A stretch of DNA of 64,000 nucleotides, from positions 109,479-173,478 of the forward strand of contig CACXMS010000004.1 of assembly GCA_902768795.1 (NCBI GenBank). Reading direction: 5' to 3'. Each line of letters begins with the position of its first letter. The stretch's first letter is position 1. Origin of the DNA: an uncultured Eubacteriales bacterium (GTDB lineage: Bacteria; Bacillota; Clostridia; Christensenellales; CAG-138). The position numbers and the translations under genes were made by a program. Below the pieces are notes generated by a model, which was given only the letters and a program-made list of their open reading frames with translations, was not told the DNA's origin and made no database searches. Positions 37,205 through 46,286 of the stretch are shown here, piece after piece.

Positions 37205-38395
37205 TTACAGGACCGGATCCGTCCATTCGCCGCCGGAGTTTCCGCCGCCGCCACCGCCGCCGGTGGTGACTTTCTTCGTGCTGACGTCTGTGCTCAGCAT
37301 GACGCCGACCTTGCTGCCGACCTTGACAATCAGAAGCGATCCGCACTCGTCGAGCACGCGCACCTTCGTGTTCTTCTTCTGCAGCGAGGGAACGTCGTAC
37401 AGCCGGTACTGGAGATGGAACGGCGCGTCCGCTTTCGCGTAGCCCTCCCATTCCTTGTACGCCGCGTCGTCCTCAAACATCAGCAGATCGGTTTCGACTT
37501 CGCCGGTCTTGCCGTTTGCCAGCACCGTCGAACGCGTCTTGCCCTTCTCGAGAACCTCGACCTTGTCGCCGCGATTGTACACCGCATAGTAGCCCTCGAC
37601 GCCGTCCGCGTGGATCTTGCCCTTGCCGGCCGTGAACTTCGCGGTCACAAGCGTGGAAGCGACGTTTACGGTCTCAAAGCCCTGCATCGGGGAAGCGGAA
37701 AGCGCGATATCGCCGCCGTCCTTGCCGGTCGATCCGCCGCCGGTGCCGCCGCCTCCGGTGGTCTTGTTCTTCTTTTTGCTGACCTCGGCAAGCGACATAT
37801 ACCCTTCGGTCTTGTCCGACAGCTTGACATGCACAACGTCGCCGTACACATCGTTCACGGTCACTTTCGTGTTGAGCGTCAGCGTCTTAACCGTCTTGCC
37901 TTCGAGATACGGGTTGTCATACACGCCCGCGCGGCTTGTCGCATAGCCCGTATAGGACTTTGCCGCCTTTTCCTTGCCCATAAAGACAAACCGCTTCTCC
38001 ACAAGGATGCTGCCTTCGCTCGGATCGTTGACCACATAGAAGTCGCCCTGCTGCGCCGTTACGTCCAGCTCGTCGCCGTCCGCGAACACCTTTGCGACCA
38101 CGCCGAGATTGTTGACCTTCGACTTTGCGGTCTCGCTCTCGGGAGCGGGCGTCGCCGTCGGTTCCGGCGTATCCGTCGGGGCCGGCGTGTCCGTCGGGGC
38201 GGGCGTGTCGGTCGGAGCCGGCGTATCCGTCGGAGCCGGCGTCGGCTCTTCGGTCGGCTCGGCCGTCGGCGCTGCCGTCGGTTCGACCGTCGGTTCGGGC
38301 GTCGCTGTCACGACCTCGGCGGCACGGTTGGTGTCACAGCCGATGACAGCCGCGATCAGCAGCACCGCCAGAATAATCCATCCGATTCGTTTCAT
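37205..38395 (-). CDS. lipoprotein with PT-rich linker and SH3b-like domains
   Basis: Lipobox LLIAAVIGC, (PTDTPA)n linker, several SH3_3-like segments (e.g. GYATSRAGVYDNPYLEGKTVKTLTLNTKVTVNDVYGDVVHVKL), poly-Gly tracts. Confidence 0.6.
   Translation of the reverse strand: MKRIGWIILAVLLIAAVIGCDTNRAAEVVTATPEPTVEPTAAPTAEPTEEPTPAPTDTPAPTDTPAPTDTPAPTDTPEPTATPAPESETAKSKVNNLGVVAKVFADGDELDVTAQQGDFYVVNDPSEGSILVEKRFVFMGKEKAAKSYTGYATSRAGVYDNPYLEGKTVKTLTLNTKVTVNDVYGDVVHVKLSDKTEGYMSLAEVSKKKNKTTGGGGTGGGSTGKDGGDIALSASPMQGFETVNVASTLVTAKFTAGKGKIHADGVEGYYAVYNRGDKVEVLEKGKTRSTVLANGKTGEVETDLLMFEDDAAYKEWEGYAKADAPFHLQYRLYDVPSLQKKNTKVRVLDECGSLLIVKVGSKVGVMLSTDVSTKKVTTGGGGGGGNSGGEWTDPVL
38160..38245. repeat. 18-bp tandem repeat encoding (PTDTPA)n
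   Basis: GGCGT(A/G)TCCGTCGG(G/A)GCC repeated about 4.5 times. Confidence 0.75.
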
Positions 38396-38408
38396 GCCGT
38401 TTTACCTC

Positions 38409-41400
38409 TTATCCCTTGTACTCGTCGTCGTACAGATTTCCGTACACGGCGTGGATGATCTCCCAGATGTACTTATACGCGGCGCTCGTCGACTTGAACG
38501 CGTTGCGGTTCTGATAGGCGATATAGCCGATGTTGCGCGTGATCATGCCGCCGTAGAGGACCATCACAGCGCCGTCGTCGTCCGCAACCTTCATGTACGG
38601 GCGCAGCACGAGATCCGGAATGCACTTGGCCATTTCCGTGAACGTCAGAACGTTCGTGTACTGGATCAGACCGTTCGCCTTGGAGAAGATCGGGTCGGTC
38701 TTCTTTTCCTTGCTGTACGCATAGTTGCTCTTGATGTTCGGCGTTTCGAGCGTCAGATCGCTTGTGCCGAGATCCGTTTTCCAGATCGCGATCGTGCCGT
38801 ACTCGAGCAGCTTATAGCCGTCAAGCCCGTTCTTGCCGATCAGCAGCGCGCGCTTGTCCTTCGGAACGCCCGTGATCATGCGGATGCCCTTGTTGCCGGT
38901 GATGCGGATCGAGCTGCCCTTGTACTGGAGAATGTTCTCGTAGTTCGGGGCATAGACCGCGACCTGCACGCCGCTCTTCTCCTGAACGAACCAGACGCGC
39001 ATCGCCGTCGGATAGACGGTGTGCGGATCGGCGGAAACCGCGTTGAACGCATACTGCGTAACGACCTTCGGCGTCACGCCGTCCGGCAGCGCAACGATGC
39101 CTTCGACGACCTGATAGGCCTTGCCGTCAACCTGGACGTTTTCGCCGCGCAGCGTGGACGCGTCTTCAAATACGATCGCGTTCGAAAGCGTGCTGAACAG
39201 CGTCGGAACCGTGACTTCCAGCTTCGTCGTGCCGGAGCCGGTCGCGTACTCGTAGACGAATTCGTCCGCGCCGGACGGGAATGTGATGATGCCGGTCGTT
39301 GTGTCGAGCGAAAGCGACGTGTCCGGCAGCGTGACGTTGGTCAGCTTGGCGATCAGCAGCGCGTTGACCTTCGTGAGATGGAACGTATAGATGCCGCCCT
39401 TGACTTCGCCGAGCAGCTTCTCGGTCGTCTGGCCGCCGCACTTGGCCGTCGTCAGCGCCGTATTGTGCGTCAGGTCGAGCATCGTGATATGGTTCTTCTC
39501 GCAGTTCAGGTTCTCAAGCGCGGTGTTCTTCGAAAGCTCCAGCTCGGTCAGCTCGTTTTCGGAGCAGTCGAGCGTCTTCAGCTTGGTGTTTTTGGAAACG
39601 TCGATCTTTTCGAGCTTGGAGCCGGTGCAGACGATTTCCGTAAGATTCGTATTCTCGGGGAACGACAGCGTCGTGAACGCGTTGCCGCTGCAGTGGATTG
39701 CCTGCAGCGCCGTGCACTTTGCGACGGTCAGCTCATCGAGCTTATTGTTCGAGCAGTCCAGCGCGACAAGCGCGGTGTTCTTCGAAAGGTCGAGCTTGGT
39801 GAGCTGGTTGTCGGAACAAAGCAGTCCGGCGAGCTTCTCGAGGTTCGTCGCGGTCAGCGCGGTCAGCTTGTTGTTCGAGCAGTCGACATACTCGATCTTG
39901 GTGTTCTTGGCCAGGTTGAGCTCGGTCAGCTCATTGCCCTTCACCGACAGGATCTGCAGCTTCGTGTTGTACTTCAGGTTCAGCTCGGGCAGCTTGTTGT
40001 TGTCGGCCGAAATCGCCGACAGCGCCGTGCACTTCGACACGGTCAGCGAGGTCAGCGCGTTGTTGCTGCAAAGCAGAGCCGTCAGCTTCGTGTTCTTCGT
40101 CAGCGAAAGCGACGTCAGCTTGTTTTCGGCGCAGTTCAGCTGTTCCAGCGCCGTGTTCTTGGTCAGATCCAGCGCCGTCAGCGAGTTGGTTGCGACGAGC
40201 AGGGTTTTCAGCTTCGTGTTCTTCGTTACGTTCAGCTCCGAAAGCAGGTTGTCCGACAGCGTCAGATTGATCAGCTTCGTATTCTTTGTCAGATCGACTG
40301 CGGAAATCTTATTGCTGCCCGCGTCCAGCTCCTCCAGATTCGTGAACGCCGAGATCTTGCCGAGGTTCGTGATGCCCTTGCCGCTGCAAACGATGCTCTT
40401 GACCGCTTCCACCTGCGCTTTGGTCATATAGTATCCGTCGGAAGCGTTGCCGCTGACCGCCAGATTCGCAATGATCCATGCGCGGAACGTCGCGTCCGGG
40501 AACGTCGTTTCATTGATCAGGAGCGCCGCGCCGTCGGGCGTGACCCAGAACGTCATCGGAACCAGGACTTCCATCCGGCTGTCGCCGATGCCGGTCGCAT
40601 AGGAGTAGCTGAACTCCGACACTTCGCTTGTAAACGTGACGATGCCGGAAGTCTTGTCGAGCGCGCTCGTCGATTCGAGCATCTTGACGTTCGACATCGA
40701 GGCCTTCGGCACAAGGTATGTCATGTCATACTTGAACTCCGTGCCGTTCTTCATGCCGGCCTGCGGGTTGGAGGTCTGATCGCCGATCTCGCCGTCAAAC
40801 AGCTCGAGGTCCGGATGCGTCGAAGCGCTGACGTCGAGCCGCGTCAGATGGTTGGTCTTGCAGATCAGTCGGCTCAGCTTCGTGTTCTGCGAAACGTCCA
40901 GCGTTTCGAGCAGGTTGTTCTGGCAGTACAGCGTTGTGAGAACGGGGTTGCCGGAAAGCTTCAGCGCAACGAGCTGGTTGCCCGAAACGTCCAGTTCCTT
41001 CAGTTTCGCGTTCTTCGTCAGATCGATGGTCTCGATCGCGTTGTCCTTGACGTTCAGCGTCGCCAGATTCGGGAAAAACTCGACGCCCGTAACGTCCGTA
41101 ATGCTCTGCGATGAGCAGTCGATCGCCGTAATCGCCGTCGCCTGACCCTTGGTCAGAACGTAATCGCCCGTTTCCGGATCCACCTCCGGCTTCGGATCCA
41201 GGTTGGCGATCAGCCACGCGCGGAAAGCCGCGTCCGGGAAATTCGTTACGTTGAAAACGACCTTTTCCTCGGTTTCGAGCCGTTCGTCCTCGATCTCCTC
41301 GGTCGGCTCCTCGCCGGGTTGCTCCGCCGGTTCTTCGCCGGGTTCTTCCGTCGGCTCCTCGGTCGGCTGTTCGGTGGGTTCTTCCTTCGGTTCTTCGCCG

Positions 41401-41603
41401 GGTTCTTCCGCCGGCTCTTCCGCCGGTTCTTCAGCGGGCTGTTCCGCCGGTTCTTCCGCCGGCTCTTCAGCGGGCTGTTCGGTTTCGGCGGCGACGACGG
41501 TTTCCTCCGTCGACGGCTCCGCCGGTTCCTCCGCAAACGCGGCGGGAACGACGGTGAACAGCATCAGGACTGCCAGCATCAGGGCAAGAATTTTCCGTTT
41601 CAT
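38409..41603 (-). CDS. leucine-rich-repeat (internalin-like) cell-surface protein
   Basis: Signal peptide, Glu/Pro-rich linker, and two blocks of ~22-aa LRRs (L..LD(L/V)S.NT.L..L.C..N.LT), each preceded by a related cap (FPDA(A/T)FRAW(L/I)IANL). Start set to MKRKILALML (ATG 41603). Confidence 0.85.
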   Translation of the reverse strand: MKRKILALMLAVLMLFTVVPAAFAEEPAEPSTEETVVAAETEQPAEEPAEEPAEQPAEEPAEEPAEEPGEEPKEEPTEQPTEEPTEEPGEEPAEQPGEEPTEEIEDERLETEEKVVFNVTNFPDAAFRAWLIANLDPKPEVDPETGDYVLTKGQATAITAIDCSSQSITDVTGVEFFPNLATLNVKDNAIETIDLTKNAKLKELDVSGNQLVALKLSGNPVLTTLYCQNNLLETLDVSQNTKLSRLICKTNHLTRLDVSASTHPDLELFDGEIGDQTSNPQAGMKNGTEFKYDMTYLVPKASMSNVKMLESTSALDKTSGIVTFTSEVSEFSYSYATGIGDSRMEVLVPMTFWVTPDGAALLINETTFPDATFRAWIIANLAVSGNASDGYYMTKAQVEAVKSIVCSGKGITNLGKISAFTNLEELDAGSNKISAVDLTKNTKLINLTLSDNLLSELNVTKNTKLKTLLVATNSLTALDLTKNTALEQLNCAENKLTSLSLTKNTKLTALLCSNNALTSLTVSKCTALSAISADNNKLPELNLKYNTKLQILSVKGNELTELNLAKNTKIEYVDCSNNKLTALTATNLEKLAGLLCSDNQLTKLDLSKNTALVALDCSNNKLDELTVAKCTALQAIHCSGNAFTTLSFPENTNLTEIVCTGSKLEKIDVSKNTKLKTLDCSENELTELELSKNTALENLNCEKNHITMLDLTHNTALTTAKCGGQTTEKLLGEVKGGIYTFHLTKVNALLIAKLTNVTLPDTSLSLDTTTGIITFPSGADEFVYEYATGSGTTKLEVTVPTLFSTLSNAIVFEDASTLRGENVQVDGKAYQVVEGIVALPDGVTPKVVTQYAFNAVSADPHTVYPTAMRVWFVQEKSGVQVAVYAPNYENILQYKGSSIRITGNKGIRMITGVPKDKRALLIGKNGLDGYKLLEYGTIAIWKTDLGTSDLTLETPNIKSNYAYSKEKKTDPIFSKANGLIQYTNVLTFTEMAKCIPDLVLRPYMKVADDDGAVMVLYGGMITRNIGYIAYQNRNAFKSTSAAYKYIWEIIHAVYGNLYDDEYKG

Positions 41604-41810
41604 ATTGCTCCTTTCTGTGCATACGGATTCACACGTAGACTTACTCACAGTTTACAGGGTCAGTATAGCAAAGTTTGGGAAACCCGTCAATGCGCCGCGC
41701 GCGGCGCATCTGCAATTGTGACAATTTATTTACAACTCCGGGACAGCATCTTTTTGCGCTCGGTTCTTTTTTGTCGCACCCTTGCATACATTTTGGCAGG
41801 AGGACGAACC

Positions 41811-42101
41811 ATGGAACTGAAACAAACGGATTCCGCGCGGCCGCACGGCGACGCGCATGCCATTCTGATCGAAGACCGCACGCACGTGCGGATCACCGGC
41901 GTCATCGACGTCGAAAGCTTTCATGAGGACGAAGCGACGGTCCGCACGTCGGCCGGCACGCTGACCCTTTGGGGCGAGGGGATGAAGCTCGGCAAGCTCG
42001 ACCCGGACGCGGGCCAGATCCTGCTCGACGGAACAGTCCTTTCGCTCGAATACGAGCAGCCGCAGCCTCAAAAGCGGTTTTCGCTGTTCCGCCGGACATG
42101 A
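41811..42101 (+). CDS. yabP: sporulation protein YabP
   Basis: 97 aa. H.ILIEDRTHVRITGVIDVESF.EDEATVRTSAGTLTLWGEGMKLGKLD...G.ILLDG.V.SLEY matches the YabP pattern. Confidence 0.8.
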   Translation: MELKQTDSARPHGDAHAILIEDRTHVRITGVIDVESFHEDEATVRTSAGTLTLWGEGMKLGKLDPDAGQILLDGTVLSLEYEQPQPQKRFSLFRRT

Positions 42102-42388
42102 TCGACGTCTTTTCCCAGGGGTATGCCGCGGCGCTGCTGCTCTGCGTCGGCATCGCAACGGGGCTTCTTTACGATCTGTTCACGCGGCTGCGGCTTTCGG
42201 CCGGCCGCGTGCTTTGCCATGCGCTCGACGGCGCTTTGCTCCTTCTGATGACAGCGCTGCTTGCGCTCGGCGTTCTGCTCGCCTCCAACGGGCGGATGCG
42301 CCTGTTTTACATCGTTTTCGACGCGCTCGGCGCCGTCCTTTCCGCGTGGGCGTTTTGGCCGCTCTTTTTCCGGAAGCCGCCCGCATAG
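42098..42388 (+). CDS. yabQ: spore cortex biosynthesis protein YabQ
   Basis: 96 aa, three TM helices, ATGA overlap with yabP, conserved yabP-yabQ synteny. Confidence 0.7.
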   Translation: MIDVFSQGYAAALLLCVGIATGLLYDLFTRLRLSAGRVLCHALDGALLLLMTALLALGVLLASNGRMRLFYIVFDALGAVLSAWAFWPLFFRKPPA

Positions 42389-42452
42389 CCGCCTCCGATT
42401 TTCCCGTTCGAAAGGAATTGCATTGACGCCGGATCTGTGCTATCATGGGAGC

Positions 42453-43805
42453 ATGGAATTTTTTCGGACGCACAAAACCGAATGCTGGATCACCGGCGGA
42501 TGCGCCGCGGCGCTGCTTGCCTGTTTTGCGCTGTACCTGATCGGGAACCCGATCGATTACTGGTATGAAGGCGTCATCGTGGTCTGCGACCTTGTTCTGT
42601 TCATGGTCGTCGGCGTGCTGTTCGTATTCCGCTGGATCGGCGCGTGGCGCGAGAAAACGCCGGACCCCGCCGCCCCGCGGGACGGGATTCGCATTTTCCT
42701 TCTGATCTTTCTCATCATGGCCCTTTCGCACGCGGTCCGCATCCTGCTTGCCTATCTCTGGCAAATCGCCGCGTTCGGCTTTGACAGCTCCCCGCTCGAC
42801 AGTCTTTGGACCTGGAGCGGTTCGGACACGCGCCACTACCTTGCGATCGCGGAGCACTGGTACGCGGATTACGACAATTCCGGCACCGTCTGGCGGCTCG
42901 TCTTTCTGCCGTTCTATTCGATCCTCGTCCGCTTGCTCGCGCAGCTGACCGGACATTATTTTCCGTCCGGCATGTTCATTTCGATCCTCTCCTCATGCTT
43001 TGCGGGCTGCGCGCTTTATGCGCTCGCGCGGCACGATTATGACCGCGAAACCTCGCTCAGAGCCATAAAATACTGCTGTATCCTGCCGGCGGCGCTGTTT
43101 CAGACCGCCGCGCTGACCGAAAGCACGTTTTTGCTGCTGTCGCTGCTCTGCCTGCTCGGCGCGCGCCGGAAAAACTGGCTGCTGGCCGGGATTGCGGGCG
43201 GGCTTGCCGCGTTTACGCGCTCGGTCGGCGTGATCCTGCTCGTGCCAGCCGTCTTTGAATGGCTCACCGAGGTTCTTTGCGCCGAAAAAAAGCGGGCGCC
43301 CCTGCTTTGGGGCTTTGCGCTGCTGCTGATTCCGGCGGGCCTTTTCGGATATCTTCTTATCAATTACCTTGAAACCGGCAGCGCGTTTACGTTCACGGTA
43401 CTGCAGAAACAGAATTGGGGACAGCAGCTCGGCTGGTTCTTCCATTCCGTGCGGTACCAGCTGAACTACTGTCTGCGCTGGCTCGGTTCCGACAAGCGCT
43501 CCGACGCGCTCGGACTCTGGATTCCAAACCTGCTCGCGCAGTTTTCGGCGCTTGGCCTGATGGCCGTCGGCGCAAAAAAACAGCGGCCGTCGTACGTCGC
43601 TTACTTTCTGATCTATTTTGCGGTTTCGATGGGCACGACCTGGCTGCTCTCCGCGCCGCGGTACCTGATGGTGCTGTTCCCGCTGCTGTTTGCGATGGCG
43701 GATCTTGGCCGCCGCAAATGGGTCGACGGCGCGCTGACGTTCTCGTGCCTTCTGCTCGGACAGCTCTACCTATACGCCTATATCGGGCGGCTGGACGTGT
43801 ACTGA
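42453..43805 (+). CDS. polytopic membrane protein, GT-C/PIG-V-like mannosyltransferase family (tentative)
   Basis: About 450 aa with more than 10 TM segments. The W.GSDTRHYLAIAEHWY....FLPFYSILVR motif resembles PIG-V type glycosyltransferases. Confidence 0.5.
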   Translation: MEFFRTHKTECWITGGCAAALLACFALYLIGNPIDYWYEGVIVVCDLVLFMVVGVLFVFRWIGAWREKTPDPAAPRDGIRIFLLIFLIMALSHAVRILLAYLWQIAAFGFDSSPLDSLWTWSGSDTRHYLAIAEHWYADYDNSGTVWRLVFLPFYSILVRLLAQLTGHYFPSGMFISILSSCFAGCALYALARHDYDRETSLRAIKYCCILPAALFQTAALTESTFLLLSLLCLLGARRKNWLLAGIAGGLAAFTRSVGVILLVPAVFEWLTEVLCAEKKRAPLLWGFALLLIPAGLFGYLLINYLETGSAFTFTVLQKQNWGQQLGWFFHSVRYQLNYCLRWLGSDKRSDALGLWIPNLLAQFSALGLMAVGAKKQRPSYVAYFLIYFAVSMGTTWLLSAPRYLMVLFPLLFAMADLGRRKWVDGALTFSCLLLGQLYLYAYIGRLDVY

Positions 43806-43840
43806 AGGGGCTGCTGCAAAAGGCGGCAGACCATAATCCA

Positions 43841-43935
43841 AGAAAAGACGGGGTTTTTCCGTCTTTTCCGCCTGCAAGTATTCTTTTCCAAAATCTGCCG
43901 AAAATGTTCTGGCGCCTTTTGCAGCGGCGCCCTTA
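43841..43935. repeat. convergent-gene spacer element, copy B
   Basis: AAGAAAAGACGGGGTTTTTCCGTCTTTTCCGCCTGCAAGTATTCTTTTCCAAAATCTGCCGAAAATG... Confidence 0.65.
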
Positions 43936-44829
43936 TTGTTTCGCTTCCGGCGGATCCATTGCCGTGCGCTCCACGGTAAACCCGCGGCCGCGCACCTCCT
44001 TGACCTGTGTCACCGTGATGAACGCCATCGGGTCGATCCCGCGGATCAGCTCCGTCGCCTGATACAGCTTCCGCTGCGGAATCACGCACAGCACGCCCTT
44101 TTGCTCCTGCCGCAGCAGTCCGGTCTCGATGACCGTCATCGTAACGCCGGCCTCGAGCTTGCCGAGCAGCACTTCCCGCAGCTGTTCATACTTTTCCGAA
44201 ACGACAAAAATCTGAATCTGCGATTTGCCGAGCATCATCGCGCGATCGAGCACGACGCTTTCGAGCAGCAGCACGAAAATGCCGAGCATCGTCTTTTCGG
44301 TCGGCGTAAACAGCGCCTGTCCGCCGATCACGACGATATCGCTGATCCATACGAACACCGCAACCGAACGGTGCGTCCACTTGGCGAGGATCAGCGCAAC
44401 GATGTCCATACCGCCGGTACTGGAGCCGACGCGCATCACGAGCCCGAGCGCAATGCCCATCAGCACGCCCGCAAACACCGCGGCAAGCACCGGATTGTCC
44501 GTCAGCCGGTCGACGCCCGGAATTCGCTGAAACAGCGCCAAAAACGCGGGGTACAGAAACGAACTCGCCACCGTCGTCGCCGCAAACTTGCGCCCGAGAA
44601 GAAGCAGCCCCATAAGCAGCAGCAATACGTTCAGAATCAGGATCAGCAGAGAAACGTCGAGCGCTGGGAAGATGTGGCTGAGCACGATGCCGATGCCGGT
44701 CGTGCCGCCCATCAGAATCCCGTGCGGAATGATAAACGCCGCGACCAAAAACGCGAGGATCGCGTTTCCGCCGAGGATGCTCACCGTCGTGATCAGCAGT
44801 TTCTTTTGCGGTTTGTCATAAGGTTTCAT
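43933..44829 (-). CDS. YitT-family membrane protein (DUF161 plus DUF2179)
   Basis: 298 aa. Repeated GGTTG/STGG motifs in the TM region and a C-terminal soluble DUF2179-like domain (FITVTQVKEVRGRGF). Confidence 0.8.
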   Translation of the reverse strand: MKPYDKPQKKLLITTVSILGGNAILAFLVAAFIIPHGILMGGTTGIGIVLSHIFPALDVSLLILILNVLLLLMGLLLLGRKFAATTVASSFLYPAFLALFQRIPGVDRLTDNPVLAAVFAGVLMGIALGLVMRVGSSTGGMDIVALILAKWTHRSVAVFVWISDIVVIGGQALFTPTEKTMLGIFVLLLESVVLDRAMMLGKSQIQIFVVSEKYEQLREVLLGKLEAGVTMTVIETGLLRQEQKGVLCVIPQRKLYQATELIRGIDPMAFITVTQVKEVRGRGFTVERTAMDPPEAKQ

Positions 44830-44865
44830 AGCTCTCCCCCGCGCCGCGGCTCCTGTGCAATCGGT

Positions 44866-46098
44866 TCAGAATGCGAAATTGCCGTCGATGAATACCGGGA
44901 TCTCCCTGCCGTCGAACGTCGTGCCCGTGATCGAAAGATCCTTTGCGCCGACCATAAAGTCGACGTGCGTGATCGAGTCGTTGAGTCCCGCCGCCTTCTG
45001 CTCTTCCTTCGTCATCTGCGTGCCGCCCTTCAGCGTGGACGCATACGCGTGCCCGAAGGCGAAATGGCAGGAAGCGTTCTCGTCATACAGCGTTTCATAA
45101 TAGAGCACGCCGGAGCGCCGGATCGGCGAATCGTACGGCACCAGCGCGACTTCGCCGAAATACGAAGCGCCTTCGTCCACGGAGATCGCATTCTTCAGCA
45201 CTTCCTCGCCGCTCGACGCATGCGCTTCGACAATCTTTCCGTCGCGCACCGTAAACCGGATATCCCGGATCACGTTTCCGTCGCGGCAAAGCGGCATCAC
45301 GGAGCAGATTACGCCGTTGCTTCCGGTACGGTTCGGCGCGGTAAAGATTTCCTCGGTCGGCATGTTCGGCATATAGGGCTGTCCGGACGCGGTTACGTCG
45401 CCGCCCGCCTCCCAGACATGGTTCACCGCCAGCATAACGGTAAAGTCCGTGCCGTTCGCGCTCTTGTAATGCAGCGATTTGAAGTTGTAATCGTTCAGGA
45501 TCTTCATGCGCCGGCGCAGGTTTTCCGTATGCTGTTTCCATGCTTCGACCGCCGTTCCGTCGCCCTTTACACGGACCGCTTCAAAGATCCGGTCCCAAAG
45601 CGCCTGCACCGCCGCGCTCTCCTCAAGATCGGGGAAAACCTTTTTTGCCCACTTCGGAGAGGACAGGCAGCCGATCGTCCACGGATACACGTTCCTGGCC
45701 GAAAGCGCGCGGTACGGCTTCTGTGCTTCGCCCGCGGCCTTGTTTGCCCGCAGGATACGCTCCGGATCGACGCCGAGCAGGTTTTCGGGGTCATTGGCGC
45801 GCAGATGCAAAAACGCCGCGCCCTGCTTGGCCAGCGCGTAGAACATGTCCGCCCGCCACTGGGGAAACTCGGAAAACACGGAATCCTCCGCGCGAAGATA
45901 CTTTGCCCGGACCATATAATTGTCCGTCCACACGTTGACGACTTCGCGCGCGCCGAGATCGTATGCCGCGTCCGCGCAAAGCCGCGCAAACGGCGCATGG
46001 TCCACCGGGCAGAACAGCACGAGCGTCTGTCCCTTTTGAATGTTTACGCCGACTTCAACGAGCAGCCGCGCGTATTCTTTCCATTTTTGTTCCATCAT
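44866..46098 (-). CDS. aminopeptidase, M29 (AmpS/PepS) family
   Basis: MMEQKWKEYARLLVEVGVNIQKGQ.L and C-terminal HFAFGHAY...H(V)DFM match thermophilic-aminopeptidase family M29. Start trimmed to ATG 46098 with RBS GAAAGGAAAG. Confidence 0.85.
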   Translation of the reverse strand: MMEQKWKEYARLLVEVGVNIQKGQTLVLFCPVDHAPFARLCADAAYDLGAREVVNVWTDNYMVRAKYLRAEDSVFSEFPQWRADMFYALAKQGAAFLHLRANDPENLLGVDPERILRANKAAGEAQKPYRALSARNVYPWTIGCLSSPKWAKKVFPDLEESAAVQALWDRIFEAVRVKGDGTAVEAWKQHTENLRRRMKILNDYNFKSLHYKSANGTDFTVMLAVNHVWEAGGDVTASGQPYMPNMPTEEIFTAPNRTGSNGVICSVMPLCRDGNVIRDIRFTVRDGKIVEAHASSGEEVLKNAISVDEGASYFGEVALVPYDSPIRRSGVLYYETLYDENASCHFAFGHAYASTLKGGTQMTKEEQKAAGLNDSITHVDFMVGAKDLSITGTTFDGREIPVFIDGNFAF

Positions 46099-46286
46099 TT
46101 CTTTCCTTTCTGTCGCTTGTACGATCAGTATGCCACAAATAATCGTATTTGTGAACACTTTTTTCCGTAAAAAAACGGAGCGGCGCAAAAACCGCGATTT
46201 TAACGCTTCCGATTCGAGTTTCGTCGAAAGCAACATTCGACACGCCGCTTGTGCTACACTCCTCCAAAATGGTTTCGGAGGCAAAC

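Noticed and set aside
38160-38245. Similarity between the precursor linker (EPEPTDTPEPTP) and the SH3b lipoprotein linker (TPAPTDTPAPTDTPEPT)
   Set aside because: This is low-complexity Pro/Thr/Asp composition. The DNA match is short and fully explained by codon bias for PT repeats, so it is not evidence of shared origin or of the lipoprotein being an rSAM substrate.
38109-41114. 1001-aa + strand ORF
   Set aside because: Antisense to the LRR surface protein. Its repetitiveness simply mirrors the LRR repeats, and it has no start context or domain signature.
43936-46170. 744-aa + strand ORF
   Set aside because: It runs antisense across two well-supported minus-strand genes (yitT-family and M29 aminopeptidase). 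It has extreme Arg/His/Asp content and no motifs.
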